DNA of 64,000 nt from an uncultured Rivularia sp. (GCA_963665115.1 OY762007.1:1760001-1824000), one strand, 5' to 3'; shown: positions 53,861-64,000, numbered from the stretch's first letter. Notes: generated from the letters alone by a model not told the origin. Translations and numbers: made by a program.

Positions 53861-54775
53861 TTGACGATGGAAAAATTACAAGATGCTATAACAAAGCCTG
53901 AATTTTTAATTTATTTTTTAATTTATTTAGGGACAATTATTGGCACTCAACTGCTCTACTCACTAGGTATTTACTTACGTCAGACTAGGACTAATAAACG
54001 ACGTTTTGCTCGCGGTTTACCAGAAACAATATTAATTCACCATGCGGAAAAACAATCCTCTCGTCGCATTGATGTTTTAATTCAAAACTTTCTCCTATTA
54101 GCTTCAGTTTTTATTGTTCCTTTTTTGTTAGTTTCTATCAGTTCTCTTGAGGATGCGGATAAAAGTAGCTTACTTCTCGTTTTTGTCCTTTTATTAATTT
54201 GGATTTTCGTTAACGGCACCGATCTGATTAAAGCTTTTCTTAATGGTCTAGCTTTCAAAACTATTACTGCTTTTACACAGCCTTTTCAAGTTGGAGATCG
54301 GGTTAATCTCAAAGGTATTAAAGGTAAAGTAGTTAAGTTTAATACTTTTTTTGTCGTCTTGATAACACCTGATGACGATCTTATTAGTATACCTACTCAT
54401 ACCCTTTGGAATGAAGTTTTAAACTCTGCTAATTCAGGCAATCGTTCTTCTTTGTGTGTGATAAATTTTTACCTAGCTTCTTTTAATACTGCCGAGCAAC
54501 GACAGGCTGCTGAAGATACTATTTGGGATGCGATACAATCTTCTGTTTATTACGAACCTTCTTTACCGATGCAAATTTATCTGAGCCAAACTCCTGATGC
54601 GATTAAATTGACGGCCAAAGCCTACGTTGCTTCTACTTATAACGAACCTCTTTTCAGCAGCGATGTTACTCGTGCTTTTTTAGATTTTGCTTCCAAAGCG
54701 AACATTGCTTTAACTCCAAGTACGTGGGAAGTAGGTGTAGAACATAATTATGTCGCAAAAAGTAGAAAAGCTTAA
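53861..54775 (+). CDS. MscS-family mechanosensitive channel domain protein
   Basis: TM helices then PFQVGDRV...GKVVKFNTF...LISIPT. Confidence 0.8.
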   Translation: MTMEKLQDAITKPEFLIYFLIYLGTIIGTQLLYSLGIYLRQTRTNKRRFARGLPETILIHHAEKQSSRRIDVLIQNFLLLASVFIVPFLLVSISSLEDADKSSLLLVFVLLLIWIFVNGTDLIKAFLNGLAFKTITAFTQPFQVGDRVNLKGIKGKVVKFNTFFVVLITPDDDLISIPTHTLWNEVLNSANSGNRSSLCVINFYLASFNTAEQRQAAEDTIWDAIQSSVYYEPSLPMQIYLSQTPDAIKLTAKAYVASTYNEPLFSSDVTRAFLDFASKANIALTPSTWEVGVEHNYVAKSRKA

Positions 54776-54973
54776 ATCACTTTCTAGTTATTCAGTTATG
54801 TAATCAGCAACTTAAAAGCAACTATTCAGGACTTAATAGAGCCCCCCTTAAAAAGGGGGGTTGGGGGGATCGAGAATGTCTGGAACACTATATTTCTCGT
54901 GATTGCTGCGTAAGTCCTAGTATTCTCTAAATTATTTTTATGAAGGCTATTAAGATTTTCACGAATTACGAAT

Positions 54974-57900
54974 TTACTTACAGAGTTCGCGATCGCTTTC
55001 TTTAGCATTGGATTCAAGATAATATGCAGCTTGTAGGCAAGCAGCCTTCACTAGTTGATTTAAATCTAATTGCAACTCTCGCAAATCCCACAGGATTAAC
55101 GTTCCGTCATCATAGCTAACTGAGGCAAGAGTTTTACCGTCAGGGCTAAAACTAACAATTTTGACTGGCTTATTTGGCTCATTGTCTGGGTTTGAGGTTT
55201 GCGGTTCTTTATCATCAAGGTTCGGGTTTAAGGTTTGGAATTCTTCACCATCAAGGTTCGGGTTTAAGGTTTGCAGTTCTTTACCATCAAGGTTCCAAAG
55301 TTTTACGGTACCGTCTTCACTCGCAGTTGCAATAATTTTTCCGTTGGGGCTAAAAGCGACGCTTAAAACATTATTATGCCCTTTGAGGGTTTTGAGTTCT
55401 TCGCCTTTCTTGTTCCAGAGTTTGATGGTATCTTTACTAGCAGAGGCAATGGTATTTTCGTTGGGACTCCAAGCTACACTGTTGAGTGCATATTTATGTC
55501 CGTCGAATGTTTTGAGGAATTGACCGTTTTTGTTCCATAGTTTAATAGTTTTATCATCGCTACCAGAAGCAATGGTTTTTCCATCGGGACTCCAAGCTAC
55601 ACTGTTGACATAAGCCTTATGTCCTTCGAGTGTTTTGAATACTTGACCATTTTTGTTCCATAGTTTGATAGTTTTATCTTCACTACCAGAGGCAATGGTA
55701 TTTCCGTCGGGACTCCAAGCTACACTCAAAACCGAATCATCATGTCCTTCGAGAGTTTTGAATACTTGACCATTTTTGTTCCAAAGTTTAATAGTATTAT
55801 CATCACTAGCAGAAGCAATGATCCTTCCGTCGGGACTAAAACTAACGCTTAAAACTTTATCCGTATGTTTGATTTTTGTTGGAATCGTTTTCCATCTCTC
55901 CTGCTTCAACCTCCAGATTTCGATGGTACCTTCCTTTGTACCAAAAGCAATGTTATTTCCTTTTGGGTTCCAAGCAACGCTGGAGAATAATGCTTGATTA
56001 TCTTCCTCAAGCTTTTTCAGTTTCTTATCCAATAAGCTCCAAAGCCTGACAGTATTATCCTCGCTAGCAGTAGCTATTTTCTTTCCGTCAGGGCTGAATT
56101 TGACACTGTTGATTCGACCGTCATGACCTTTAAGAGTTTGCAGAAGTTTTCCCCTTGTGTCCCAAATTTTAACAGTATTGTCGGCACTTGCAGAGGCAAT
56201 AGTATTCCCTTCAGGACTCCAAGCTATACTCAAGACGGAATCTTCATGTGCTCCAAGAGTTATGGGTTCCTCTTCTTCTATGTTCCAGAGTTTAACATTC
56301 TTATTACTAGCAAAGGCAATAGTCTTCCCGTCAGGACTAAAACTACCGCTATAAAATTTAATATCTTTGTCTTCTGGTATGGCTTTAACTACTTGACCAC
56401 TATTAACATTCCAAAGTTTGATTTTACCACCTTGAATAGCAGAAGCAATTGTCTTACCATCGGGGCTGAAGCTGAAACTTGTAATCTTTTCTCGATCGGC
56501 TGTAAGGAGTTTCAGAGGATTTCCTCGGCTATTCCAGAGTACAATCTTATTATCCGAATATCGAGAGGCTATAGTTTTTCTGCGGGCACTCCAAGTTACA
56601 TTCTTGACGGAACCATGCTTTCGGAGAGTTTTGGTTCTTTCTGACTGCAAGTTGAACATTCTAACAGTTTTTTGATCTTTAGTAAAGGCAATAGTTTTGC
56701 CGTCAGGACTAAACCTATAGAATTGAACGTTACTGCTGTTACTGGCTAGCTGTGTGGTTTTAATTACCTTGCCGTTAAGATTCCAACGTTTGATTGTACC
56801 ATCTTCGCTAGCTGAGACAATTTGCTTTCCGTCACGACTCCAAGCTACATCTTTGACTTTACCTTGATGTTTTAAACGATTTTGCTCTCTAAATCCATGT
56901 TCATAAACTGTTGCCTGTAAAGCTGTTAAAACTAAACTACGAGTTTCTTGATTTGGGCGCAATCCTTGTTTTAATATTTGTTCCCCTGCCCTAACGGCTT
57001 CAATTAGAGCATCAAACTTGAGATCTTCCTGATATAGCATCGAGGATAATCGAATTACAGAAGAAATCTGACGTTCAAGAGCTGCTTGGGCTTTTTTCTT
57101 CTGCTCTTCAGCTCTTTTCTTAGCGTTTTCAGCGTTTTCCTCAGCGTTTTCAGCGTCTTGCTGAGCTTTTAGGGCTGTTTCTTTAGCTTTTAGGGCTTTT
57201 TTCTTCTGCTCTTCAGCATTTTTCTGTGCTATTAGGGCAGTTTTCCTCTGAGATTCAGCCCTTCCCCTCTCCTGCCATGCCAATCCAGCAAGAACAACAG
57301 CAACCAAAAGTGCAATACTAACGGCACCAAGAAAAAACTTTTGTTTTTTAGCACTTTTTTTCTGTTCGGCTATCTTCTCTTGCTGTAAAAGCAGCATTCT
57401 TTCTTGTCGGCGTTTTTCTTCTTTTTGTGCTAGTTCAATCGCATTTTGACTGGCTTGAATAAACTCTTTCTGAAGAAAAGTTGTAGCAGGTTTTTTCTTT
57501 TTCTCTTCTGTCTCTTCCAACCAGTTTTGAGCAATTATTAAGTTACTACCCCGCAATAATAAATCATCATTTTTATTCTTCTGCTCCCACTCTAAAGCTC
57601 TTTGTAACCACTTACTATGATTTTGGACGTGTTCTCTGTCAGTTTCAATTGTTCTGAGCAATTGATTGAAGTTGGCATTAAAATCTTTGTTATTGCTGTT
57701 AAAATCAATCCATTGCACTTTGGCTAATTCTGGATGTAAATCGCTGGTATTTATTTCCCGATGCAGCACCGTCACACAGCGTTTATTCAACGAAGCTGCA
57801 TACTCCACCTCCGAATTACAGTAAGGTGAATTTACAGAACGCGGTGAGATAATAAATACAAAATTATCGGATATTTTAATTCCTCTATTAATTTCTTGTT

Positions 57901-59338
57901 GAAAATCACTCCCCGATGCTATACTTTCTTGATCGAACCAAGTCGTTTTTCCCTGTAGCTGTAAAGCATCATTCAACTTTCTCGCTAAGTCTGAGTCAGC
58001 ACGAGAGTAGGAAATGAACACATCGAGCGATTCTAATGGAGGTTGTTGCAGACTTGCGACAATAAATTCTGATTGTAATGGAATGGGTGGATGCTGCGTT
58101 CTTTTATGTGCCACCTCCAACCAAGTTTCGGCGCTGTGCAGGTTATATCCCCGTAGTAAAATACTAGGATTGTGATTTTGCTGTTGCCATTTCAAAGCTT
58201 TAGTTAACAGGATTTTATGCTCGTTGTAGTAAGCTGCATCCTCATATAAAATTTTGAGTAATTCGCTTTCATCGAGTTGATAATCAGCTTCGGTTAGATT
58301 ATCCGTCAAGTCAATATACTGTAAATCCTGCAATGCAGATGGTAATTCTATATTGTCAGTTGTTTGTACCAGCAGGGGAATAATCCGCTTATTGAATTCA
58401 ACAGCTAAATCCAATTCTTGCTGAGTGTAAGTGGATTTGACTGCATGAGGAGAAAGTAAATAAACCAAGTTATCGGCTTTTTCAATCCCCTGTTTAATAG
58501 AGTTGACAAAATCTTCCCCTGTTTTAATATCTATGGTATTTGTCCAAACCGTAATACCTTCTCGTCTTAAACTAGCGCGAATTTTCTCCATTGTGGCTCT
58601 ATCTTCCTCAGCATAGGAGAGAAATACCTGAGTCATCAAATTATTACCATTTTTGATGCTTTCGGTAATGAATTCGCAATGCAAATCGCTGGGAACACAA
58701 GGTGGTTGGGAGTCTTTGAAGCGAATTTTCAACCAAGCTTGAGCCTTTTCCTTTTCTTCCCCAGTTAACAAGTACCTTGTTTGCTTTTGATTCCTCTCCC
58801 ATTCCAAAGCTTTATTTAAAAACCTGGTATGCTGTTGTACATAATCTCTATGTAAATCAAGTAAATTAATTAAATCTGCGAGGGATTTGTCAAAATCATT
58901 TTTATCCTCTTGGAAATACACCCAGTTAATTTTACCGATTGTTGGGTGCATATTCACAAAAGATGTGTGTTTCCCTTGTGCAATGTATGCCTCCCAATCT
59001 TGTAAACTACCATTGGGATATCTAGAAAGCCAAGTTTCCCGATTAATTTCATCGACGTGTAATAAAGGAATAATCCGTTTATTACACTTAATCGCTAATT
59101 CTATTTCCTTAAGACAATAGGGGGAATTGATCGAATGGGGACTAATAACAAATAAGAAATGATCGGCTTTTTCGATACCATCATCAATTTGATTTTGAAA
59201 ATCAACACCCAAAGGGATATCGTTAAAATCGAACCAAACTTCCAACCCATGTTTGTTTAAACTAGATTGAAGTTTTAAGGCAAAATCTTTACTGTCAGCT
59301 CGTCCGTAGGAGATGAAAGCATCGAAAAATTTAGTCAT
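54974..59338 (-). CDS. Triple-TIR / TM / coiled-coil / WD40-repeat protein
   Basis: Three F(I/L)SY TIR domains, TM FFLGAVSIALLVAVVLAGLAW, ~14 WD40 repeats. Confidence 0.93.
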   Translation of the reverse strand: MTKFFDAFISYGRADSKDFALKLQSSLNKHGLEVWFDFNDIPLGVDFQNQIDDGIEKADHFLFVISPHSINSPYCLKEIELAIKCNKRIIPLLHVDEINRETWLSRYPNGSLQDWEAYIAQGKHTSFVNMHPTIGKINWVYFQEDKNDFDKSLADLINLLDLHRDYVQQHTRFLNKALEWERNQKQTRYLLTGEEKEKAQAWLKIRFKDSQPPCVPSDLHCEFITESIKNGNNLMTQVFLSYAEEDRATMEKIRASLRREGITVWTNTIDIKTGEDFVNSIKQGIEKADNLVYLLSPHAVKSTYTQQELDLAVEFNKRIIPLLVQTTDNIELPSALQDLQYIDLTDNLTEADYQLDESELLKILYEDAAYYNEHKILLTKALKWQQQNHNPSILLRGYNLHSAETWLEVAHKRTQHPPIPLQSEFIVASLQQPPLESLDVFISYSRADSDLARKLNDALQLQGKTTWFDQESIASGSDFQQEINRGIKISDNFVFIISPRSVNSPYCNSEVEYAASLNKRCVTVLHREINTSDLHPELAKVQWIDFNSNNKDFNANFNQLLRTIETDREHVQNHSKWLQRALEWEQKNKNDDLLLRGSNLIIAQNWLEETEEKKKKPATTFLQKEFIQASQNAIELAQKEEKRRQERMLLLQQEKIAEQKKSAKKQKFFLGAVSIALLVAVVLAGLAWQERGRAESQRKTALIAQKNAEEQKKKALKAKETALKAQQDAENAEENAENAKKRAEEQKKKAQAALERQISSVIRLSSMLYQEDLKFDALIEAVRAGEQILKQGLRPNQETRSLVLTALQATVYEHGFREQNRLKHQGKVKDVAWSRDGKQIVSASEDGTIKRWNLNGKVIKTTQLASNSSNVQFYRFSPDGKTIAFTKDQKTVRMFNLQSERTKTLRKHGSVKNVTWSARRKTIASRYSDNKIVLWNSRGNPLKLLTADREKITSFSFSPDGKTIASAIQGGKIKLWNVNSGQVVKAIPEDKDIKFYSGSFSPDGKTIAFASNKNVKLWNIEEEEPITLGAHEDSVLSIAWSPEGNTIASASADNTVKIWDTRGKLLQTLKGHDGRINSVKFSPDGKKIATASEDNTVRLWSLLDKKLKKLEEDNQALFSSVAWNPKGNNIAFGTKEGTIEIWRLKQERWKTIPTKIKHTDKVLSVSFSPDGRIIASASDDNTIKLWNKNGQVFKTLEGHDDSVLSVAWSPDGNTIASGSEDKTIKLWNKNGQVFKTLEGHKAYVNSVAWSPDGKTIASGSDDKTIKLWNKNGQFLKTFDGHKYALNSVAWSPNENTIASASKDTIKLWNKKGEELKTLKGHNNVLSVAFSPNGKIIATASEDGTVKLWNLDGKELQTLNPNLDGEEFQTLNPNLDDKEPQTSNPDNEPNKPVKIVSFSPDGKTLASVSYDDGTLILWDLRELQLDLNQLVKAACLQAAYYLESNAKESDRELCK

Positions 59339-59470
59339 TAACGGCTAGGCCTATTTTATGTAAAAATACTTAATTTTAAACTTATAAATTATAGTACAAC
59401 ATTTGAGTGATGCGTAGGCTACAAACCAGCGTTACTTCTTTCAATTTTTTCTCATAGCGTCACCCAACTT

Positions 59471-59597
59471 ACAATACTACTCGGTGAAGGGGAGATCCTC
59501 CCTAACCCTCCTTAAAAAGGAGGGAACTAAGCCCCCTTTTTAAGGGGGTTTGGGGGATCTAACGATTGCGTTCAATTCCTTAACCGAGCAGTATTGT
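59471..59597. repeat. Small inverted-repeat-bounded element containing CCCCCTTTTTAAGGGGG-type REP palindromes
   Basis: ACAATACTACTCGGTGAAGG / CCTTAACCGAGCAGTATTGT (18/20). A related REP palindrome lies at ~54841-54871. Confidence 0.65.
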
Positions 59598-59688
59598 CAC
59601 CCACCCTACAATGGAAGTTAAAACCCAGAGGATTCTATTTAAATAACTATTCCCCATTCCCCATTCCCCATTCCCTATTCCCCATTCC

Positions 59689-60426
59689 CTATTCCTCAAT
59701 TAAATACGACTTAATCAACTCAGTCGTACTCACAAAACTCTCTTTGAAGTCAAGTATTTGCACCAACCCCGAAGCAACTAATTCCTTCGCACCCTCATCT
59801 GTAGTTTTCCCATCTATGGCAGCACTCAGCGCATCGGCTAATCTTCCACTACCAGCTACAGCCAGCACCTTTCTATTTGCTTTATGGCTTTCCGATACAT
59901 CTTTTCTGGAAATTTCTCCACCGTTAACTAAAACTGCTATAGATGGCGCTCCCTTGGCTATTACAGTAGCTACATTTGCTAACCAAGGTGATTCATCACC
60001 CCAGTCACAGCCAGGAATAAACACAAAATGACTGTGGTTTGGTTCCAATGCTGACACTTCTTCTGGTGGGGGTTGATTGGGCAGAGCTACTTTTCCTACT
60101 GGAGTTACACCAATTAAGGCAAATTGCGCCGATATCTGGGCACGAGCTTGCCCAATCATCTGCATCACACCAAAATCTGTACCACCATCCACAACAGAGG
60201 CACCTAGAGTTTCAATTACCGGAGCCAGCACATTGACAAATAGCGATCGCAAACGGTTTAAATCGGTTTCGCTCATTTTACCTGCACCACCCAAAATTAC
60301 GAGGATGGGGCGCGGATTGTCAAAACCTAGTTCCGACATAGCCGATAATAAGTCCTTTTGAGACTCAACTCGAATCGCAGATGCCGTTAGTCCATTTGAC
60401 ATGGCAAGCCTAAAGGGTTTTTCCAT
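59689..60426 (-). CDS. Stand-alone SLOG protein, TRPM-like prokaryotic (LSDAT) family
   Basis: LVILGGAG, VVDGGTDFGVMQMIG, LIGVTP, LEPNHSHFVF, WGDES, VLVNGG, VAGSGRLAD. Confidence 0.85.
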   Translation of the reverse strand: MEKPFRLAMSNGLTASAIRVESQKDLLSAMSELGFDNPRPILVILGGAGKMSETDLNRLRSLFVNVLAPVIETLGASVVDGGTDFGVMQMIGQARAQISAQFALIGVTPVGKVALPNQPPPEEVSALEPNHSHFVFIPGCDWGDESPWLANVATVIAKGAPSIAVLVNGGEISRKDVSESHKANRKVLAVAGSGRLADALSAAIDGKTTDEGAKELVASGLVQILDFKESFVSTTELIKSYLIEE

Positions 60427-60568
60427 GTGAGTGTAAGTAGGTTGGCGTTGAAAATTGTAATTAGGGCAAGGCAGTCGGCAGTAGGAATAAGGGTTTTAGG
60501 GTAAAAAACATTTTGTTATATAGTTATATTTACTTGTGCCGACTTAATTATCAGTTTTAAATTATAGT

Positions 60569-60970
60569 ATTGATTTATTATACACAGATGAGTTAGACGG
60601 AATACTCATCAAAAATGTATTTTCAACTAAAGCAATAGAAGCGGCAAGAAAACACGTTGAAAGCATATCATCTAAATTTGAACGGATAATCTACGGAGAA
60701 AAGCTTGGTTTCTCTCTAATAGAAACAAAAGATGACTTAAATAAGTATTTCCAGAAAGCATCTGATTTTATATTGCAATTAAAGAAAATTTTCTCTAATA
60801 AGTTTGAAGCAAGAATATTTAACATTTTCAATAATCTTCATAGTTTAAAAAATATCAAATTTCTTCACACAAAAGGGGAAATCGGGTTAAGCGCATCTTT
60901 ATACAGAATTTGTATAAAACAAATCCTTCTCATATTAGTTATTTTTTATTTTATTTTTTATAACGTTTAA
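60569..60970 (+). pseudogene. Gene remnant without a clear start, possibly 2OG-Fe(II) oxygenase-like
   Basis: ~130 open codons IDLLYTDELDGILIKNVFS...; family assignment is weak. Confidence 0.3.
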
Positions 60971-61086
60971 CGCGGCTACGTAATTACTCAAAAACACACG
61001 AATTTACATACCCAGTTATCAGGAATCTATTTTGCTCATAGTGTAGGACTAATTAGTAAATTAAACACTATATTAGAGAATTACAC

Positions 61087-61491
61087 ATGAAATTATCTTC
61101 TTTATCTTTGCAGAAATTATTTTTATCTGTGGCCAGTGTATGTTCGCTATCAATTCCTTTCATGCAATCCGCACAAGCTACTCCATATCAGGAAGTACGT
61201 CATTATTGTAAAGATTATGAAAGCGTATTTGTAGCTGCTGAAACTAAGAATTTTTATGTGAGTATTTGCGGCAGCCATTCACCTTATCATTATGTAGGTG
61301 TTAGTAAGAAAACTGGTAAATCTATACGATTACCTTTAAATGTAGATGGAGTAGATTCACGAGGACAATATTTTGAAGCTGTTAATGGCAAGTATACTTA
61401 TATTTTGGCTAATTCAACTAAAGGTAAGAATTTAACTGTTTCTAAAGGTTATCGCGAACTTCTAAGCGAACCTGTTTTAAGAGGTTTTTAA
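61087..61491 (+). CDS. Secreted hypothetical protein
   Basis: Signal peptide ending AQA; C....FVAAETKNFYVSICG...YVGVSKKTG.SIRL. Confidence 0.8.
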   Translation: MKLSSLSLQKLFLSVASVCSLSIPFMQSAQATPYQEVRHYCKDYESVFVAAETKNFYVSICGSHSPYHYVGVSKKTGKSIRLPLNVDGVDSRGQYFEAVNGKYTYILANSTKGKNLTVSKGYRELLSEPVLRGF

Positions 61492-61617
61492 ACTAAATAT
61501 TCTAAATATTGTTTTACGTTCATTATTTATTTAAACCTAAATTAAAGGAGACGTTGCACTGCAACGTCTCTACATTTTTTTTATATGATTAGCATTTTAC
61601 CTATTACCTATTACCTA

Positions 61618-62247
61618 TTACCCATTACCTTTCAAAATAGTTTTTATTTGATCGATTAAACTAGTACCACCCCAAATCAAAGCTGCAAAAACGGAACCAA
61701 TTAATACTGCTGCGATCGCGCAAATAGTTAAACCACCCAAACTAATTGCACCGTCGTCTTCTAATAAACCAAAGCCGGTTACAAAAATACCAATTGCTGG
61801 TAAAGTATTTGTTCCGGGAATGGGAATCATCATGAAGCTTGACATTAAGGCGATCGCTAATCCAATAATGATTTTTCCGGGAATAGTAGTACAAATAAAC
61901 GGTAAGCGGGGACGACTTACGGCTTCAATTTTCTGTAAGAATGGAATTCCAGCTTTGACAAATTTTTGCGCTGTTTCAAGTTTAATCGGACGTTTTGCAA
62001 ATTTTTCCGGCAGCCAGGGTTCTTCACGTCCTATAATTAATTGCGCTGCTAAGAATATCATTATGATTCCGAAGGGAATTGATATAACTGGTGCCGGAAG
62101 CGGTAAAGCTGAAGGTAAAGAGAGGATAACAAACAAAAATCCGAAAATTCTTTCCCCTGCTAAATCCAGGACATTTTCTAAAGTTACGGTATCACCACGC
62201 TTCTCTTCAAAAAAAAAGCGGTTTAATTCCTTGGACAGTTTAGGCAT
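61618..62247 (-). CDS. exoD: ExoD exopolysaccharide synthesis protein
   Basis: LSLPSALPLP, PWLP, PIPGTNTLPA, EDDG. Confidence 0.9.
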   Translation of the reverse strand: MPKLSKELNRFFFEEKRGDTVTLENVLDLAGERIFGFLFVILSLPSALPLPAPVISIPFGIIMIFLAAQLIIGREEPWLPEKFAKRPIKLETAQKFVKAGIPFLQKIEAVSRPRLPFICTTIPGKIIIGLAIALMSSFMMIPIPGTNTLPAIGIFVTGFGLLEDDGAISLGGLTICAIAAVLIGSVFAALIWGGTSLIDQIKTILKGNG

Positions 62248-62329
62248 AAGATTATTAAGAATACAGTTTTATCAAGCACAATATACAACCTGAAAATTAA
62301 CTATACCGGAAGCGCTGCTTGTTTTCATC

Positions 62330-63112
62330 ATGGGAAGATACTTAAAAGTTATTAGATTATTCTGGAGTGCTGCTATAGCGGCTGAAATGGAGTACCGCGT
62401 CAATTTTGTCATTGCAACTCTCAGCAGCGTGGGAAACCTGGCGGGGAGCTTGTTTAGTTTGTTTTTGTTTTACCGTACTGGCTATACTTTTTCTGGCTGG
62501 CAATGGGAAGCGGCTTTGATAGTTGTGGGGATTTACACTTTATTGCAAGGCTTTTCGGAAACGTTTCTCGCTCCTAACTTAAACCGCATCGTGCGTCACG
62601 TACAGGAAGGAACTCTCGATTTTGTTTTACTAAAACCCATCCGCAGCCAATTTTGGCTTTCTTCCCACACCGTTTCACCCTGGGGAATCTCGGATTTGAT
62701 TTTTGGCAGCATTATAATTATTTACGCTGGTAATCGTTTGGGTTTGGGAATTGGCGATTATCTTGTTAGCATTCCACCGCTGTTTTTTGGTTTAATAATC
62801 CTTTATAGCTTGTGGTTTATGTTGGGAGCTACAAGTATTTGGTTTGTGAAAATATACAACGTAACTGAAGTTTTGCGGGGATTGATTGAAGCCGGAAGAT
62901 ATCCAATGGTTGCTTATCCGGCGGCTTTTCGGATATTTTTTACTTTTGTAGTTCCGGTGGCTTTTTTAACTACCGTACCTGCCGAAGCGATGCTTGGTAG
63001 AACTCAAATTGTTTGGGTGATAGGTGCGGGAATTTTGGCTTTAGCGTTATTTTTTGTTTCGTCGAGATTTTGGCTGTTTGCGTTGAAATCTTATACTAGT
63101 GCTTCGAGTTAG
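62330..63112 (+). CDS. ABC-2 family permease
   Basis: EYRVNF, GTLDFVLLKP, GRYP, PVAFLTTVPA, YTSASS. Confidence 0.88.
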   Translation: MGRYLKVIRLFWSAAIAAEMEYRVNFVIATLSSVGNLAGSLFSLFLFYRTGYTFSGWQWEAALIVVGIYTLLQGFSETFLAPNLNRIVRHVQEGTLDFVLLKPIRSQFWLSSHTVSPWGISDLIFGSIIIIYAGNRLGLGIGDYLVSIPPLFFGLIILYSLWFMLGATSIWFVKIYNVTEVLRGLIEAGRYPMVAYPAAFRIFFTFVVPVAFLTTVPAEAMLGRTQIVWVIGAGILALALFFVSSRFWLFALKSYTSASS

Positions 63113-63185
63113 GGTTTTGGAAAATATGTTTTGAACGCAAAGGGGCGCAGAGGTACGCGGAGTTTGAAGAAGAAAGAGGATTGAA

Positions 63186-64000
63186 ATGGATACAAATCTT
63201 TTAAATCAAATGGTGAGTGAATTAAAAGAATTAGGTGCGATAACATCGATTCAGGTAGAAAAGGCATTTAGCAAAGTTTTACGTCACAAATTATTAGAAA
63301 CCTTCTATATTCCTGGAGATTTACAACAACCAATTGTCAATAAACCAAATAACCCAGATCCGGAACACCTAAAGCTTATTTACTCTAATAAATGTCTTAT
63401 TACTCGTATAAGTGATAGGCAAGCATCAAGTTCAACATCCGAACCGATGTTAATGGCTCGTATGCTTGAATTGCTGGCGCTTTCTGCCAAAATGAAAGTT
63501 TTAGAAATTGGCACAGGTACTGGTTACAATGCTGCACTGATATCAGAAATAGTTGGCGAGCAAAATCTTGTTGTTTCTATAGATATTCAAGAAGATGTTA
63601 TTGCTCAAACTCAAAGATTACTATCTGATGCGGGCTACCCAAATATTAATTTAGTGCTGGGTGATGGCTTTCACGGAGTTCAACAGCAAGCACCATACGA
63701 CAGAATTATTGCAACTGTTGGATGTTTTGATATTTCACCTTATTGGGTAAATCAGCTTTCGACTTCTGGCTTGATGATATTACCGCTACATCATGGAGGC
63801 TGGGACTCCTTTAGTAAAAGTTTGGCAGCAAGAAGAAACGCTACTCGGTAAAGTAGTTGGTATTTCTGGTTTTATGCCTTTTAAAGGAGATGAATTTGCG
63901 GATGAACCTGCACCTTTTGGTTTTATGAATTCAGTTTCGATTGAAGAGTTTGAAGAACTTGCTTTATTTGATAACCTCGAAGTTGAGCATACCAGCAACT
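63186..64000 (+). CDS. Protein-L-isoaspartate O-methyltransferase-like protein, extended (frameshift ~63803; runs off the window)
   Basis: SSTSEPMLMARMLE, VLEIGTGTGYNAAL, GDG..G....APYDRIIAT; the shifted frame continues PLVKVWQQEETLLGKVVGISGFMPFKG. Confidence 0.8.

Overview
AT-rich chromosomal window from a filamentous cyanobacterium, probably Nostocales (inferred from many HIP1 GCGATCGC sites, heptamer STRR arrays, cpcT and isiA). (1) 1-7.6 kb: right end of an integrative element at the 3' side of tRNA-Cys(GCA). It carries a tyrosine integrase, an excisionase-like gene, an XRE regulator, a Rep gene with an internal iteron array, DnaB and a ParB-like gene; the other end lies outside the window. 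(2) About 12-35 kb: a loose iron/metal-starvation cluster with three isiA/pcb paralogues, flavodoxin, futABC, a HugZ-like gene, an unannotated tiny GGEGGEG lipoprotein, an SLH porin, a COG0523 GTPase, exbBD and an MMADHC-like gene, several preceded by Fur-family boxes. (3) A HipA-like kinase + HIRAN module behind leuCD. (4) A TRPM-type SLOG gene upstream of a 3xTIR-TM-WD40 gene, the best candidate for an uncharacterised nucleotide-signalling/immune system. (5) Housekeeping genes and nested small mobile repeats. About ten genes carry single-base frameshifts, mostly in homopolymer runs; these are probably long-read assembly errors rather than true pseudogenes. All calls come from reading motifs by eye; no database searches were run.
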